Of a DNA stretch of 64,000 bases, positions 41,650-49,645 are shown piece after piece; within the stretch, counting starts at the first letter, position 1; each line of letters begins with the position of its first letter. This DNA is from Candidatus Daviesbacteria bacterium (GTDB lineage: Bacteria; Patescibacteriota; Microgenomatia; Daviesbacterales; UBA10151). The notes under the pieces are model-generated. The model was not told the DNA's origin. It saw only the letters and a program-made list of their open reading frames with translations, and ran no database searches. Position numbers and translations under genes: made by a program. The stretch covers positions 52 to 64,051 of the forward strand of contig JAQTPP010000003.1 in NCBI GenBank assembly GCA_028712705.1. Direction: 5' to 3'.

Positions 41650-42287
41650 ATAGTCTACAGTCTACAGTCTACCGTCTACGGCGATTACGGAAGTCGGAAG
41701 TCGGAAGTCGGAAGACCTTTTCAAACGGATTAACCCTGATTGAAGTCCTGGTGGCTATGGGGATTGCTGCCACAGCGGGAGTGTTGCTCTTAGTTATTAT
41801 TGTAAATAGCGCCGGACTGTTTACAGAACAATCTTCAAAGGTCCAGGAGGGTTTAAATAGCAATGATGCTCTTTCTGCTCTGCGGAGAGATATAAAGCAA
41901 GCGAGCGCAGTGGCGCTGTCTTATACAGACGGTTTAACTACATACTCGTCAAATGCCAGTCAGCTTGTCTTGAAAGTATCTTCTATTGATGATGTCGGTA
42001 ACACCATTGATAATATTTTTGACTATTTTATTTTGTATTTGGATCAGAGGGCTGTTCATCTTAAAATCTTTCCGGATGCGGTAAGTTCCAGAAAAGCGTT
42101 AGACCGCGTCTTTGCGACAAATGTTGATAACTTAAAATTTCAATATTTGGATTCTGCAAATCCTCCGGTTGAAGTAATTCCTGCAAGCGCTGCCAAGGTT
42201 CGCGTCACTTTGACCTTAAACACAAAAATTGGCACCAGCTTTACAACAAGTACGGCTACAACGGAAGCAAATTTGAGAAATGATTAA
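41646..42287 (+). CDS. Minor pilin with a repeat-derived leader
   Basis: G|LTLIEVLVAM after a leader encoded by heptamer arrays. Confidence 0.82.
   Translation: MNSLQSTVYRLRRLRKSEVGSRKTFSNGLTLIEVLVAMGIAATAGVLLLVIIVNSAGLFTEQSSKVQEGLNSNDALSALRRDIKQASAVALSYTDGLTTYSSNASQLVLKVSSIDDVGNTIDNIFDYFILYLDQRAVHLKIFPDAVSSRKALDRVFATNVDNLKFQYLDSANPPVEVIPASAAKVRVTLTLNTKIGTSFTTSTATTEANLRND
41652..41714. repeat. Two heptamer arrays in pilin leader
   Basis: (AGTCTAC)x3+CGTCTAC and (CGGAAGT)x3+CGGAAG. Confidence 0.85.
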
Positions 42288-44160
42288 AAACTTTTTCAGA
42301 ACTCAAAGCGACAATGGGGGCGAGGCGGGGCAAATTTTCCTTTTAGTCCTTGTGGCTTTAGGTGTGGTTCTTTTTACGGTTTTGTCTATTGTTGCGGGAG
42401 CTCAACTTTATTATCAGAATTCATCTTATTCTTTGGATGTCGAGAAAGCAACAGTAATAGCTGAAGCAGGAGTTGATAAAGCTATTACTTCTTTAAATAA
42501 AACAGGAGGTAGTTATTTGGGAGAAGCGGAAACTACTCTAGGTGACGGATCCTATTCCGTTACAATAACTTCCAAAGACGCTGCCACCAAAATTATTGAG
42601 TCAATAGGTTATATACCGGATAAATCCAAGGCAAAAGTGAAAAGAAGTGTTAAAATAACTGCATCAAGAGGTGTGGGTACAGCTTTTGTTTATGGGGTAC
42701 AAGTGGGAGAAGGGGGGTTGACGTTAGGTAATAGCAATATTATTACCGGGACAATTTATTCAAATGGTTCGGTAAGTACGGTTGGAGGTGGAAACGGAAA
42801 TGAAATTACAGGAGATGTTTGGGTGGCGGGAGGACCACAGGCAATAGCTGACCGGCAGACTGATTGTACCGGCAGCAATTGTACAGATTTTACATTTGGT
42901 ACTTCTGTTTCTGGTTCAAGCCGTCTGGATGTGGCTCAAAGCTTTCAGCCGTCAGTATCAAATATTTTGAATAAAGTGTCTTTAAAAGTGAAAAAAATCG
43001 GTAATCCTTCGGATGTAACTGTACGTATCATGGCAGACAAATCTGGCCAGCCTGATAAGAATCATATTTTAGCAACCGGCACATTATATAGCAATCTGGT
43101 CAGTACCAATTATCCAATTGATAACTGGATAGATGTTACCTTCGACACTTTGTCTAATTTAACAACCGGTGTTACCTATTGGATCATGATTGATACGTCA
43201 TCAAATCCTTCAAATTATTGGGCTTGGCAAAGTGATCTTGCCAAAAGCTACACCTGCGGTAATCCGGATGTTTGTTTAGGAATGTGGTCGTCTGACTGGT
43301 CTTCAGGCAACCCCAGCTGGGCAGCCGTTAGTCCTGGCGATGATCTTTCTTTTAAAACCTTTATGGGAGGTGCTCCAACTATTGTAGATGGCGGAGCAGG
43401 TAAAGGTATTTTAGTTAAAAAAGACGCTCAAGGCAATGGAGGAAATGTCCATGCCAATACTATTAAAAATGTTGATATGCAAGGGGATGCTTATTATCAG
43501 ACCATTGAAAATTCTACAGCTGCAAGCTTACACCCCAATTCTCCTGATTCCCCGCCTAAAGTTTTTCCCATTTCTGATGCCAATGTTTTAGATTGGGAAA
43601 ATCAGGCACGTGATGCCGGTGTAACTACAGGCGATATCACAACTTGTGTCAATGTCTTAGGGCCCGGGAAAATTGTTGGTAATGTTACTTTCGACAGCCA
43701 CTGCGCCATAACCATAAAATCACCCATCTGGATTACCGGAAACTTAACTTTCAATACCAACAATACTCTTACCTTATCTTCGGAATATGGTTTGACATCT
43801 GGAATAATAGTAGTGGGAGACGGGGTTAGTGGCGGTATTGTCAATTTGGGTAGTAATAACCAGTTACGAGGAACAGGGATCGGTAGTAGCTTACTAATGA
43901 TTTTATCTAACTATGATTCCAGATCGAACGGGGTGTCTGCCATTGTTATTAACAATACCGGCAACTCAGGAGTTTTCTACGCTTCAAAAGGTATCATTGA
44001 ACCGGGGAATAGAAATACTTTTAAAGAGTTAACTGCCTGGGGAATAAAACTTATAAATAATGGTATCCTTAATTATGAGACAGGTTTATCTAGTACTCTT
44101 TTCCAGTCAGGACCCTCCGGCACCTATTCCCTGGTTAAAGGAACATATCAGGTAAGGTGA
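42280..44160 (+). CDS. Large PilX-like pilin/adhesin with beta-rich domains
   Basis: G|QIFLLVL; IAEAGVDKA; Gly/Asn/Thr-rich C-terminus. Confidence 0.75.
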   Translation: MIKNFFRTQSDNGGEAGQIFLLVLVALGVVLFTVLSIVAGAQLYYQNSSYSLDVEKATVIAEAGVDKAITSLNKTGGSYLGEAETTLGDGSYSVTITSKDAATKIIESIGYIPDKSKAKVKRSVKITASRGVGTAFVYGVQVGEGGLTLGNSNIITGTIYSNGSVSTVGGGNGNEITGDVWVAGGPQAIADRQTDCTGSNCTDFTFGTSVSGSSRLDVAQSFQPSVSNILNKVSLKVKKIGNPSDVTVRIMADKSGQPDKNHILATGTLYSNLVSTNYPIDNWIDVTFDTLSNLTTGVTYWIMIDTSSNPSNYWAWQSDLAKSYTCGNPDVCLGMWSSDWSSGNPSWAAVSPGDDLSFKTFMGGAPTIVDGGAGKGILVKKDAQGNGGNVHANTIKNVDMQGDAYYQTIENSTAASLHPNSPDSPPKVFPISDANVLDWENQARDAGVTTGDITTCVNVLGPGKIVGNVTFDSHCAITIKSPIWITGNLTFNTNNTLTLSSEYGLTSGIIVVGDGVSGGIVNLGSNNQLRGTGIGSSLLMILSNYDSRSNGVSAIVINNTGNSGVFYASKGIIEPGNRNTFKELTAWGIKLINNGILNYETGLSSTLFQSGPSGTYSLVKGTYQVR

Positions 44161-44192
44161 CGCTTTGCGTCAAATATGTTAATCTAGATATA

Positions 44193-45233
44193 ATGTCCAA
44201 AATTAATGTTGGTTTAGATATAGGCTTTTCTTCTATTAAAGTAGTTTCGCTGGCAAAAGATCAAGATCGGTACAAACTTGTTTCTTTGGGTTCTACCCCA
44301 TCTCCCCAACCCGGCATTATTTCTGATGTCGATGAAGACCTGGAGGTTCTTGCAGGCTCTATTAAAAAACTTCTTACAGCTGCAAATATTGATCAAAGAG
44401 AAGTCATTGCGGCGCTACCCGAATCAAAAGTTTTTACAAGAGTTATCGATGATTTGCCTTACCTCACAGATGCAGAGCTTAACAGCGCTATACATTATGC
44501 TGCCGAAGAATTTATCCCGATGCCTCTATCCGATGTCAATTTAAATTGGCAGGTTTTGGTTCGTTCCGAAGCAAAGGGGAAAAATGCTAAGACGGTAGTG
44601 CTGGTAATAGCCTCTCCTAAAAATGCAGTACTAAAATATATCAAAGTTTTGGATAAAGCAGGGCTTCGCGCCAAAGTTTTGGAGACAGAAATAATAGCAG
44701 TTACCAGGTCACTGGTCGGGAATGATCCTTTTTCACCCAGTACTTTGATTATGCAGCTTGGTGCAACAACTACTGATTTTGCTGCTGTTTCTAAGGGTTT
44801 AATATGGCTTACCCGTTCAATTTCAACCGGAGGCATTGCATTGACCAGATCACTGGTTCAGCATTTCAATTTTGAAATGAATCAAGCGGAGCAATATAAG
44901 AAAATCTATGGAATAATGGAGGATCAGCTGGAGGGTAAAGTCTTCGAAGCGCTGAAACCGGTAATAGATATTATAGCCGGAGAAGGACGGCGTGTCATTC
45001 AAGCTTTTGAAACAAAATATCCCTCAAACCCGATAAAAAGAGTAATTGTTTCAGGAGGCGGCGCTAAAATGCCCGGGCTTGTTATTTACCTTGCGAACGT
45101 TTTTGGGTTGGAAGTACAGGAAGCCGATCCATGGTATTCAATTGTGAAGGAAAAAGATGTGGTTTTGAAACTGTCACAAGACAGCTCTTCGTACTCGGCT
45201 GCAGTCGGGTTGGCATTAAGAACTGAAGACTGA
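44193..45233 (+). CDS. pilM: Type IV pilus assembly protein PilM (start ATG 44193)
   Basis: VGLDIGFSSIK, VSGGGAKMPG, AAVGLALR. Confidence 0.92.
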   Translation: MSKINVGLDIGFSSIKVVSLAKDQDRYKLVSLGSTPSPQPGIISDVDEDLEVLAGSIKKLLTAANIDQREVIAALPESKVFTRVIDDLPYLTDAELNSAIHYAAEEFIPMPLSDVNLNWQVLVRSEAKGKNAKTVVLVIASPKNAVLKYIKVLDKAGLRAKVLETEIIAVTRSLVGNDPFSPSTLIMQLGATTTDFAAVSKGLIWLTRSISTGGIALTRSLVQHFNFEMNQAEQYKKIYGIMEDQLEGKVFEALKPVIDIIAGEGRRVIQAFETKYPSNPIKRVIVSGGGAKMPGLVIYLANVFGLEVQEADPWYSIVKEKDVVLKLSQDSSSYSAAVGLALRTED

Positions 45234-45255
45234 TGGCTGACGGCTAGTTAAAAAT

Positions 45256-45795
45256 ATGGCTAGAATTTTAATCAATTTACTCCCGCCCGAAGTTATGGCG
45301 CAGGAGCTAAAAAAAGCGAAATTTTACAAGATTCAATTTGCCGGAATTATTATTGTACTGATAATGGTTTTTCTAGCTTCTTTGACGCTGGCTCTGCGGA
45401 TTTTGCAGAATCAAAGCATTGCGGTTATTCAAGCAACGTTGGCACAGGAGGAACAAAAAGTTTCTGATCTGAAAGGTACCCAGGCATCGTTATTCCTTTT
45501 GAAAAACCGGCTTAACGGAATTGATCAATATTTTGGAAAATCTTCGCAGCAATCATCGATGTATAAATTAATCGATAAATTAATTCCAGTTTCCGTCTTA
45601 GTCAACGCAATTACTATTGATAAGACTGGCGGGGCGGTAGTTCTGGCAACAGTACCCGATTCTGCAAGTTTAGATAACTTAGTTAATAATTTGACGAACA
45701 AAGAAGTAAATGAAAGTAAAATTAGCCAAGTTTCTGTTGAAACCTTGAATCGGGGTCGGGATGGTTTTTACAGAATTGGTTTTAAAATTAAGTAA
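45256..45795 (+). CDS. pilN: PilN-like protein
   Basis: INLLP motif, TM, coiled coil. Confidence 0.82.
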   Translation: MARILINLLPPEVMAQELKKAKFYKIQFAGIIIVLIMVFLASLTLALRILQNQSIAVIQATLAQEEQKVSDLKGTQASLFLLKNRLNGIDQYFGKSSQQSSMYKLIDKLIPVSVLVNAITIDKTGGAVVLATVPDSASLDNLVNNLTNKEVNESKISQVSVETLNRGRDGFYRIGFKIK

Positions 45796-45806
45796 GCCAT
45801 AATAAC

Positions 45807-46505
45807 ATGATAAAAAAAGAGATAGTTTTACAGTTTTATTCCCATTACAAATTGTATATTTTTCCTGCGGTAGTCGCGCTATCAAGCCTTTTTTTGATCA
45901 TATTTGCAATTTATCCTCAAACAGCTAAATTAATCGAAAATCAGAAAGTTGCGGGAGATCTGATGAATAAATCTAAATTTTTAGCAACAAACGTTGCTGC
46001 TCTGGAAAGCGTAAACGGTGAAGATTTAGCTCAAAAAATAGGAATTGCCCTCAATGTTTTTCCTACGGAAAAAGATTATGGTAAGGTTTTAGGTTTGCTG
46101 CAAGGATTGGCTGCGCAGTCGGGATTCATAATTTCTTCCATTACATTAAGTAATACCTCTGGTAAAGTCGGAAATGCGAGCAGTTACGAAATAAAACTGG
46201 AGATTAAAGGGCCCAAGACTCTATTTCAAAATTTCATAACTAATTTGGAAAACTTACCCCGGATAATAAGAGTAAGCAGTATTGATATTTCATCCAATCA
46301 AGCCTCGGAAACTATTAGTACAAACGTTGTCATAGAAGCTTTGTATTCTTCTATGCCCCAAACTTTTGGTGCAGTAGATTCCCCTCTGCCTTCGTTTAGC
46401 CAAACAGAGGAAGAATTACTGATTGCTCTATCAAAGATTAGTTTTACTGCAAGTTCTTCTGCTGTTTCGACTTCTCAAAGAGGAAAAACTAATCCGTTTG
46501 AGTGA
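45807..46505 (+). CDS. pilO: PilO-like protein
   Basis: TM; FITNLENLPRIIRV; terminal GKTNPFE; follows pilN. Confidence 0.78.
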   Translation: MIKKEIVLQFYSHYKLYIFPAVVALSSLFLIIFAIYPQTAKLIENQKVAGDLMNKSKFLATNVAALESVNGEDLAQKIGIALNVFPTEKDYGKVLGLLQGLAAQSGFIISSITLSNTSGKVGNASSYEIKLEIKGPKTLFQNFITNLENLPRIIRVSSIDISSNQASETISTNVVIEALYSSMPQTFGAVDSPLPSFSQTEEELLIALSKISFTASSSAVSTSQRGKTNPFE

Positions 46506-47202
46506 GCAGGTCCGGGCGGATTTTTTTGGTTTTTTCCAAAGATTTTTGTTCTCTCCATTTGGCTATCTCGGCATGGTTTCCGGATAATAATACTTTTGGT
46601 ACTTTTGATTCTTCAAATTCTTCCGGTCTGGTATATTGGGGGTGTTCAAGTAATCCTTCTGAAAAAGACTCATTTACAGTAGCTTCGGGTTTTTCTAGGA
46701 CGCCGGGAATCAGTCTGGTGATGGAATCTACAATGACCATGGCCGGGATTTCTCCTCCTGTCAAAACATAATCCCCTATGGAAATTTCTTCATCCACATA
46801 TTTGTCAATAAACCGCTGATCCACTCCTTCGTAATGTCCGCATATGACGATCAGATGATTTATTTTGGAAAATTCCAGAGCTTTTTTCTGTTTATAAGGG
46901 TATCCTGATGCCGACATTAAAATAATTTTTAATCCCTCGACTTCGCTCGGGACAAGTTTTAAATTTTTAATTCTTAAAAGAATAGACTTTAATGCACGAG
47001 TTAAAACGTCAGGTTTCAATACCATGCCTGCCCCACCGCTATAAGGTCGGTCGTCAACTACTTTGTGTCTTCCCCCGCCAAAGTCACGAAGATTAACCAG
47101 CTCAAATTCAACCAAACCTTTTTTTTGTGCCCGTTTAAGGATTGATGAATCTAAAATCGGATTAAAGACTTCCGGAAATAAAGTGACAATGGAGATTTTC
47201 AT
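46489..47202 (-). CDS. trmD: tRNA (guanine37-N1)-methyltransferase
   Basis: VDDRPYSGGAGMV, CGHYEGVDQR, SIGDYVLTGGE, VLLSGNH. Confidence 0.96.
   Translation of the reverse strand: MKISIVTLFPEVFNPILDSSILKRAQKKGLVEFELVNLRDFGGGRHKVVDDRPYSGGAGMVLKPDVLTRALKSILLRIKNLKLVPSEVEGLKIILMSASGYPYKQKKALEFSKINHLIVICGHYEGVDQRFIDKYVDEEISIGDYVLTGGEIPAMVIVDSITRLIPGVLEKPEATVNESFSEGLLEHPQYTRPEEFEESKVPKVLLSGNHAEIAKWREQKSLEKTKKIRPDLLTQTD
46923..46977. repeat. Family C element nested in an AT-rich heptamer array in trmD
   Basis: TCCCTCGACTTCGCTCGGGACAAG (46933-46956) flanked by TAATTTT/AAATTTT units; encodes IKNLKLVPSEVEGLKI. Confidence 0.75.
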
Positions 47203-47240
47203 TGCGAGGAAGCCGATTTATCGGCTGACGTGGCAATCTC
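47199..47240. repeat. Family D half-element forming the khpA/trmD junction
   Basis: TCATTGCGAGG-AAGCCGATTTATCGGCTGA-CGTGGCAATCTC; same ends as the atpG right arm. Confidence 0.78.
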
Positions 47241-47483
47241 TTGGGGGGATACAGGTTCGGTTAATTGCAAATTTACTCTGATATTCTCAGCGATGGCTCT
47301 AACAGTTAAAAGCTTGCGGATCGCTCTGATTGTTTGGCCGTTCTTTCCGATAATCAGACCCATGTCTGTCGGGTCAACTGTCAGGTTTAGATTGATATTT
47401 TCGTTGTCTTTTTGTTCCTCAACCGAAACAGCTTCCGGCTTGGTAACCAAATTGGTTACGATAAAATTAAGCAGGTCTTTCAT
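47199..47483 (-). CDS. khpA: KH-domain RNA-binding protein KhpA
   Basis: [17 protein letters not shown]; between rpsP and trmD. Confidence 0.9.
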   Translation of the reverse strand: MKDLLNFIVTNLVTKPEAVSVEEQKDNENINLNLTVDPTDMGLIIGKNGQTIRAIRKLLTVRAIAENIRVNLQLTEPVSPQEIATSADKSASSQ

Positions 47484-48036
47484 TTTTCTCGCTTTCTGGG
47501 GTGGGCTCGATGTTAGCCTGCTCGCCAGTCAAACTCGCCTCACTCGCTCCGCTCGTGACCGGCTCGGATGGCGTCACGCTCGTCATAGCTTGAGCCTTTT
47601 GGCCATCCTCACCTGGCTCAGACAAAGACTGGTCTGCGCTGGCTTTAACATCTTCGCTCTTCTCGCCTACCTCTGGCTCGGGTTTTGTTGTCTCTTTGGT
47701 TACCTCTTCTTTAGGAGTTTCTTCTACTTGTTTTTCTGTTTTTACCTGTTCACTGTCACCTGTTGCCTGTTTACTTTCTTTTTTTGGTTTTCTTGGTGGC
47801 CTTTGAGGGGCTTTACCGGTGATTCTAAGGAAACCGGTGGACATCTGTGCCCCTTGTTTAACCCAGTGATCAATCCTGTCTTGCTTAAGCTTAATATCTT
47901 TAGGTTCTGTTAAAGGGTTGTATGTTCCAAGCAATTCTATGCAGGCACCTGTCCTTTTGGCACGTTCATCAACAACTACCACCCGGTAAAATGGCTTTTT
48001 CTTGGCACCGATTCTCATTAAGCGAATTTTTAGCAT
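47467..48036 (-). CDS. rpsP: 30S ribosomal protein S16 with long acidic tail containing an element
   Basis: [34 protein letters not shown]. Confidence 0.95.
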   Translation of the reverse strand: MLKIRLMRIGAKKKPFYRVVVVDERAKRTGACIELLGTYNPLTEPKDIKLKQDRIDHWVKQGAQMSTGFLRITGKAPQRPPRKPKKESKQATGDSEQVKTEKQVEETPKEEVTKETTKPEPEVGEKSEDVKASADQSLSEPGEDGQKAQAMTSVTPSEPVTSGASEASLTGEQANIEPTPESEKNERPA

Positions 48037-48063
48037 GGGGTTAAGTATATAGATGACGAAGCT

Positions 48064-48753
48064 TTAAGTCAATCCTTGCAAAGCTTGTTTTGCTGCTTGT
48101 TCTTCGGCCACCTGTTTACTGCTACCAGAGCCTCGTCCTGTTTCCTTGCCGGAAATATATACTGCTACAGTGAATTTCTTGGCATGGTCCGGCCCATAGG
48201 TTTGCAAAATTTTATAGTGCGGGGATTCCTTGAATTTTTGCTGGACTATTTCCTGCAATAAGGATTTTGCATCTTTTGGCGGACCCGACTTTAACTCTTT
48301 TTCGAAAAAAGGAAGCAATGTTTTGTCTATAACTTTCCTGGCAATTTCCAAACCCTGGTCTAAAAACAAACTTCCAATCAATGCTTCGTATGTGTTTGCC
48401 AGAAGTTGAGGATTACTTCTGCCTCCTGAAAGTTCTTCTCCTTTGGAAAGGCTTAAATATTTACCTAAATTTAAGTTTTTTGCGGCTTTATACAATGATT
48501 TGGTTTTGACAATATGCGCCCTAAGATTTGTTAAATCCCCCTCTGTGTCTGTAGCTCTTAGGCTGTATAGGTAATAAGAAATTACAAGGGATAAAACAGA
48601 ATCACCCAAAAATTCCAGACGCTCGTTGGATTGAAGGCTAACTTTGACCTCGTTTAAATAAGACCGGTGTAGAAAGGCTTGTTTCAGCAGTTTTGGGTTT
48701 TTGAATTTTAAGTTAAGAGTTTCAAGAAGACCGGTAAAATCATTATTCGACAT
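48064..48753 (-). CDS. rnc: Ribonuclease III
   Basis: NERLEFLGDSVL; dsRBD with KSLLQE..GPDHAK. Confidence 0.96.
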   Translation of the reverse strand: MSNNDFTGLLETLNLKFKNPKLLKQAFLHRSYLNEVKVSLQSNERLEFLGDSVLSLVISYYLYSLRATDTEGDLTNLRAHIVKTKSLYKAAKNLNLGKYLSLSKGEELSGGRSNPQLLANTYEALIGSLFLDQGLEIARKVIDKTLLPFFEKELKSGPPKDAKSLLQEIVQQKFKESPHYKILQTYGPDHAKKFTVAVYISGKETGRGSGSSKQVAEEQAAKQALQGLT

Positions 48754-48989
48754 TATTCTAATAAATTATCCTCAATTAAAACGATCAGATCATCTATGGT
48801 TTTTAAATCTTCTATCTCCACGGCATCAAAACTTACATCAAATTTTTGAGATAAATCTGAAAGAAGATCGTTTAACTCTATTGGGCCTAAATTTAACTCC
48901 TCTTGCAGCAGCGCATGACGATCCAGATCCTCCGAGGTGAGGCCCAGATGTTCCGCAATCGCTTTAATGATTTCTACTTCGGTATTCAT
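48753..48989 (-). CDS. Acyl-carrier-protein-like protein lacking the conserved Ser
   Basis: 78 aa, acidic, ACP pattern (ELNLGPIEL..QKFDV..LKTIDDL); adjacent to rnc. Confidence 0.7.
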   Translation of the reverse strand: MNTEVEIIKAIAEHLGLTSEDLDRHALLQEELNLGPIELNDLLSDLSQKFDVSFDAVEIEDLKTIDDLIVLIEDNLLE

Positions 48990-49002
48990 TTATGTTTCAG
49001 GT

Positions 49003-49037
49003 CCTTACGTTTTTGACGATTAGTCAAAAAGGCAAGG
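49003..49037. terminator. Hairpin between nusB and the ACP-like gene
   Basis: CCTT..TTTTTGAC-GATTA-GTCAAAAA..AAGG. Confidence 0.4.
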
Positions 49038-49403
49038 TTAAGTCCTTATTTTTTTAATTTCAACTAATTTTCCCAAGGCGCCGTTAATAAAACTCGCAGA
49101 AGAATCAGAGCCGTATTCCTTGCCTAATTCAACTGCCTCATCAATAACCACCTTCGGAGGTGCCTCTTTATCTATTATCATCTCAAAAACAGCAAGACGC
49201 AAGATGGCTAAATCAACTTTATTAATTTGTACAATAGGCCGGTCCGGCGCAGATTCACTAATTAATTTATCAATTTTAGACAAATGAGAAACTATTTCGC
49301 GAATTTGCAGTGGCGGTTTTTTATCATCCTTGAATTGCCAGGAGAATAACTCTTGCACGAGCTTCATTCTTTTCAGGTGCCTTGGGTCAGACTTTTTCTT
49401 CAT
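49038..49403 (-). CDS. nusB: Transcription antitermination factor NusB (start ATG 49403)
   Basis: VDLAILRLAVFE, VVIDEAVELGKEYG, FINGALG. Confidence 0.93.
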   Translation of the reverse strand: MKKKSDPRHLKRMKLVQELFSWQFKDDKKPPLQIREIVSHLSKIDKLISESAPDRPIVQINKVDLAILRLAVFEMIIDKEAPPKVVIDEAVELGKEYGSDSSASFINGALGKLVEIKKIRT

Positions 49404-49597
49404 GCCTTCGTTACTTTGACTTTTTGCTTTGCAGTTACAGCTTTTCCTCCATAAAATCCACATTCTTTACAGACTACATGAGGTAAAGTTAATTTACTGC
49501 AGTTTTTGCAAGTTACAAGATTAATCGCCAGTTTTATTGCGGCTCTTCTTGTACGTTTGCGTGCTTTAGAATGTCTTCGTTTTGGTTCTGATGCCAT
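49400..49597 (-). CDS. rpmF: 50S ribosomal protein L32
   Basis: PKRRHSKAR; CKNC..PHVVCKECGFY. Confidence 0.95.
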   Translation of the reverse strand: MASEPKRRHSKARKRTRRAAIKLAINLVTCKNCSKLTLPHVVCKECGFYGGKAVTAKQKVKVTKA

Positions 49598-49645
49598 AAT
49601 AATAGGACCACCTCCGAGGAGTCCATTCGGTCACCTCGTGGACAG

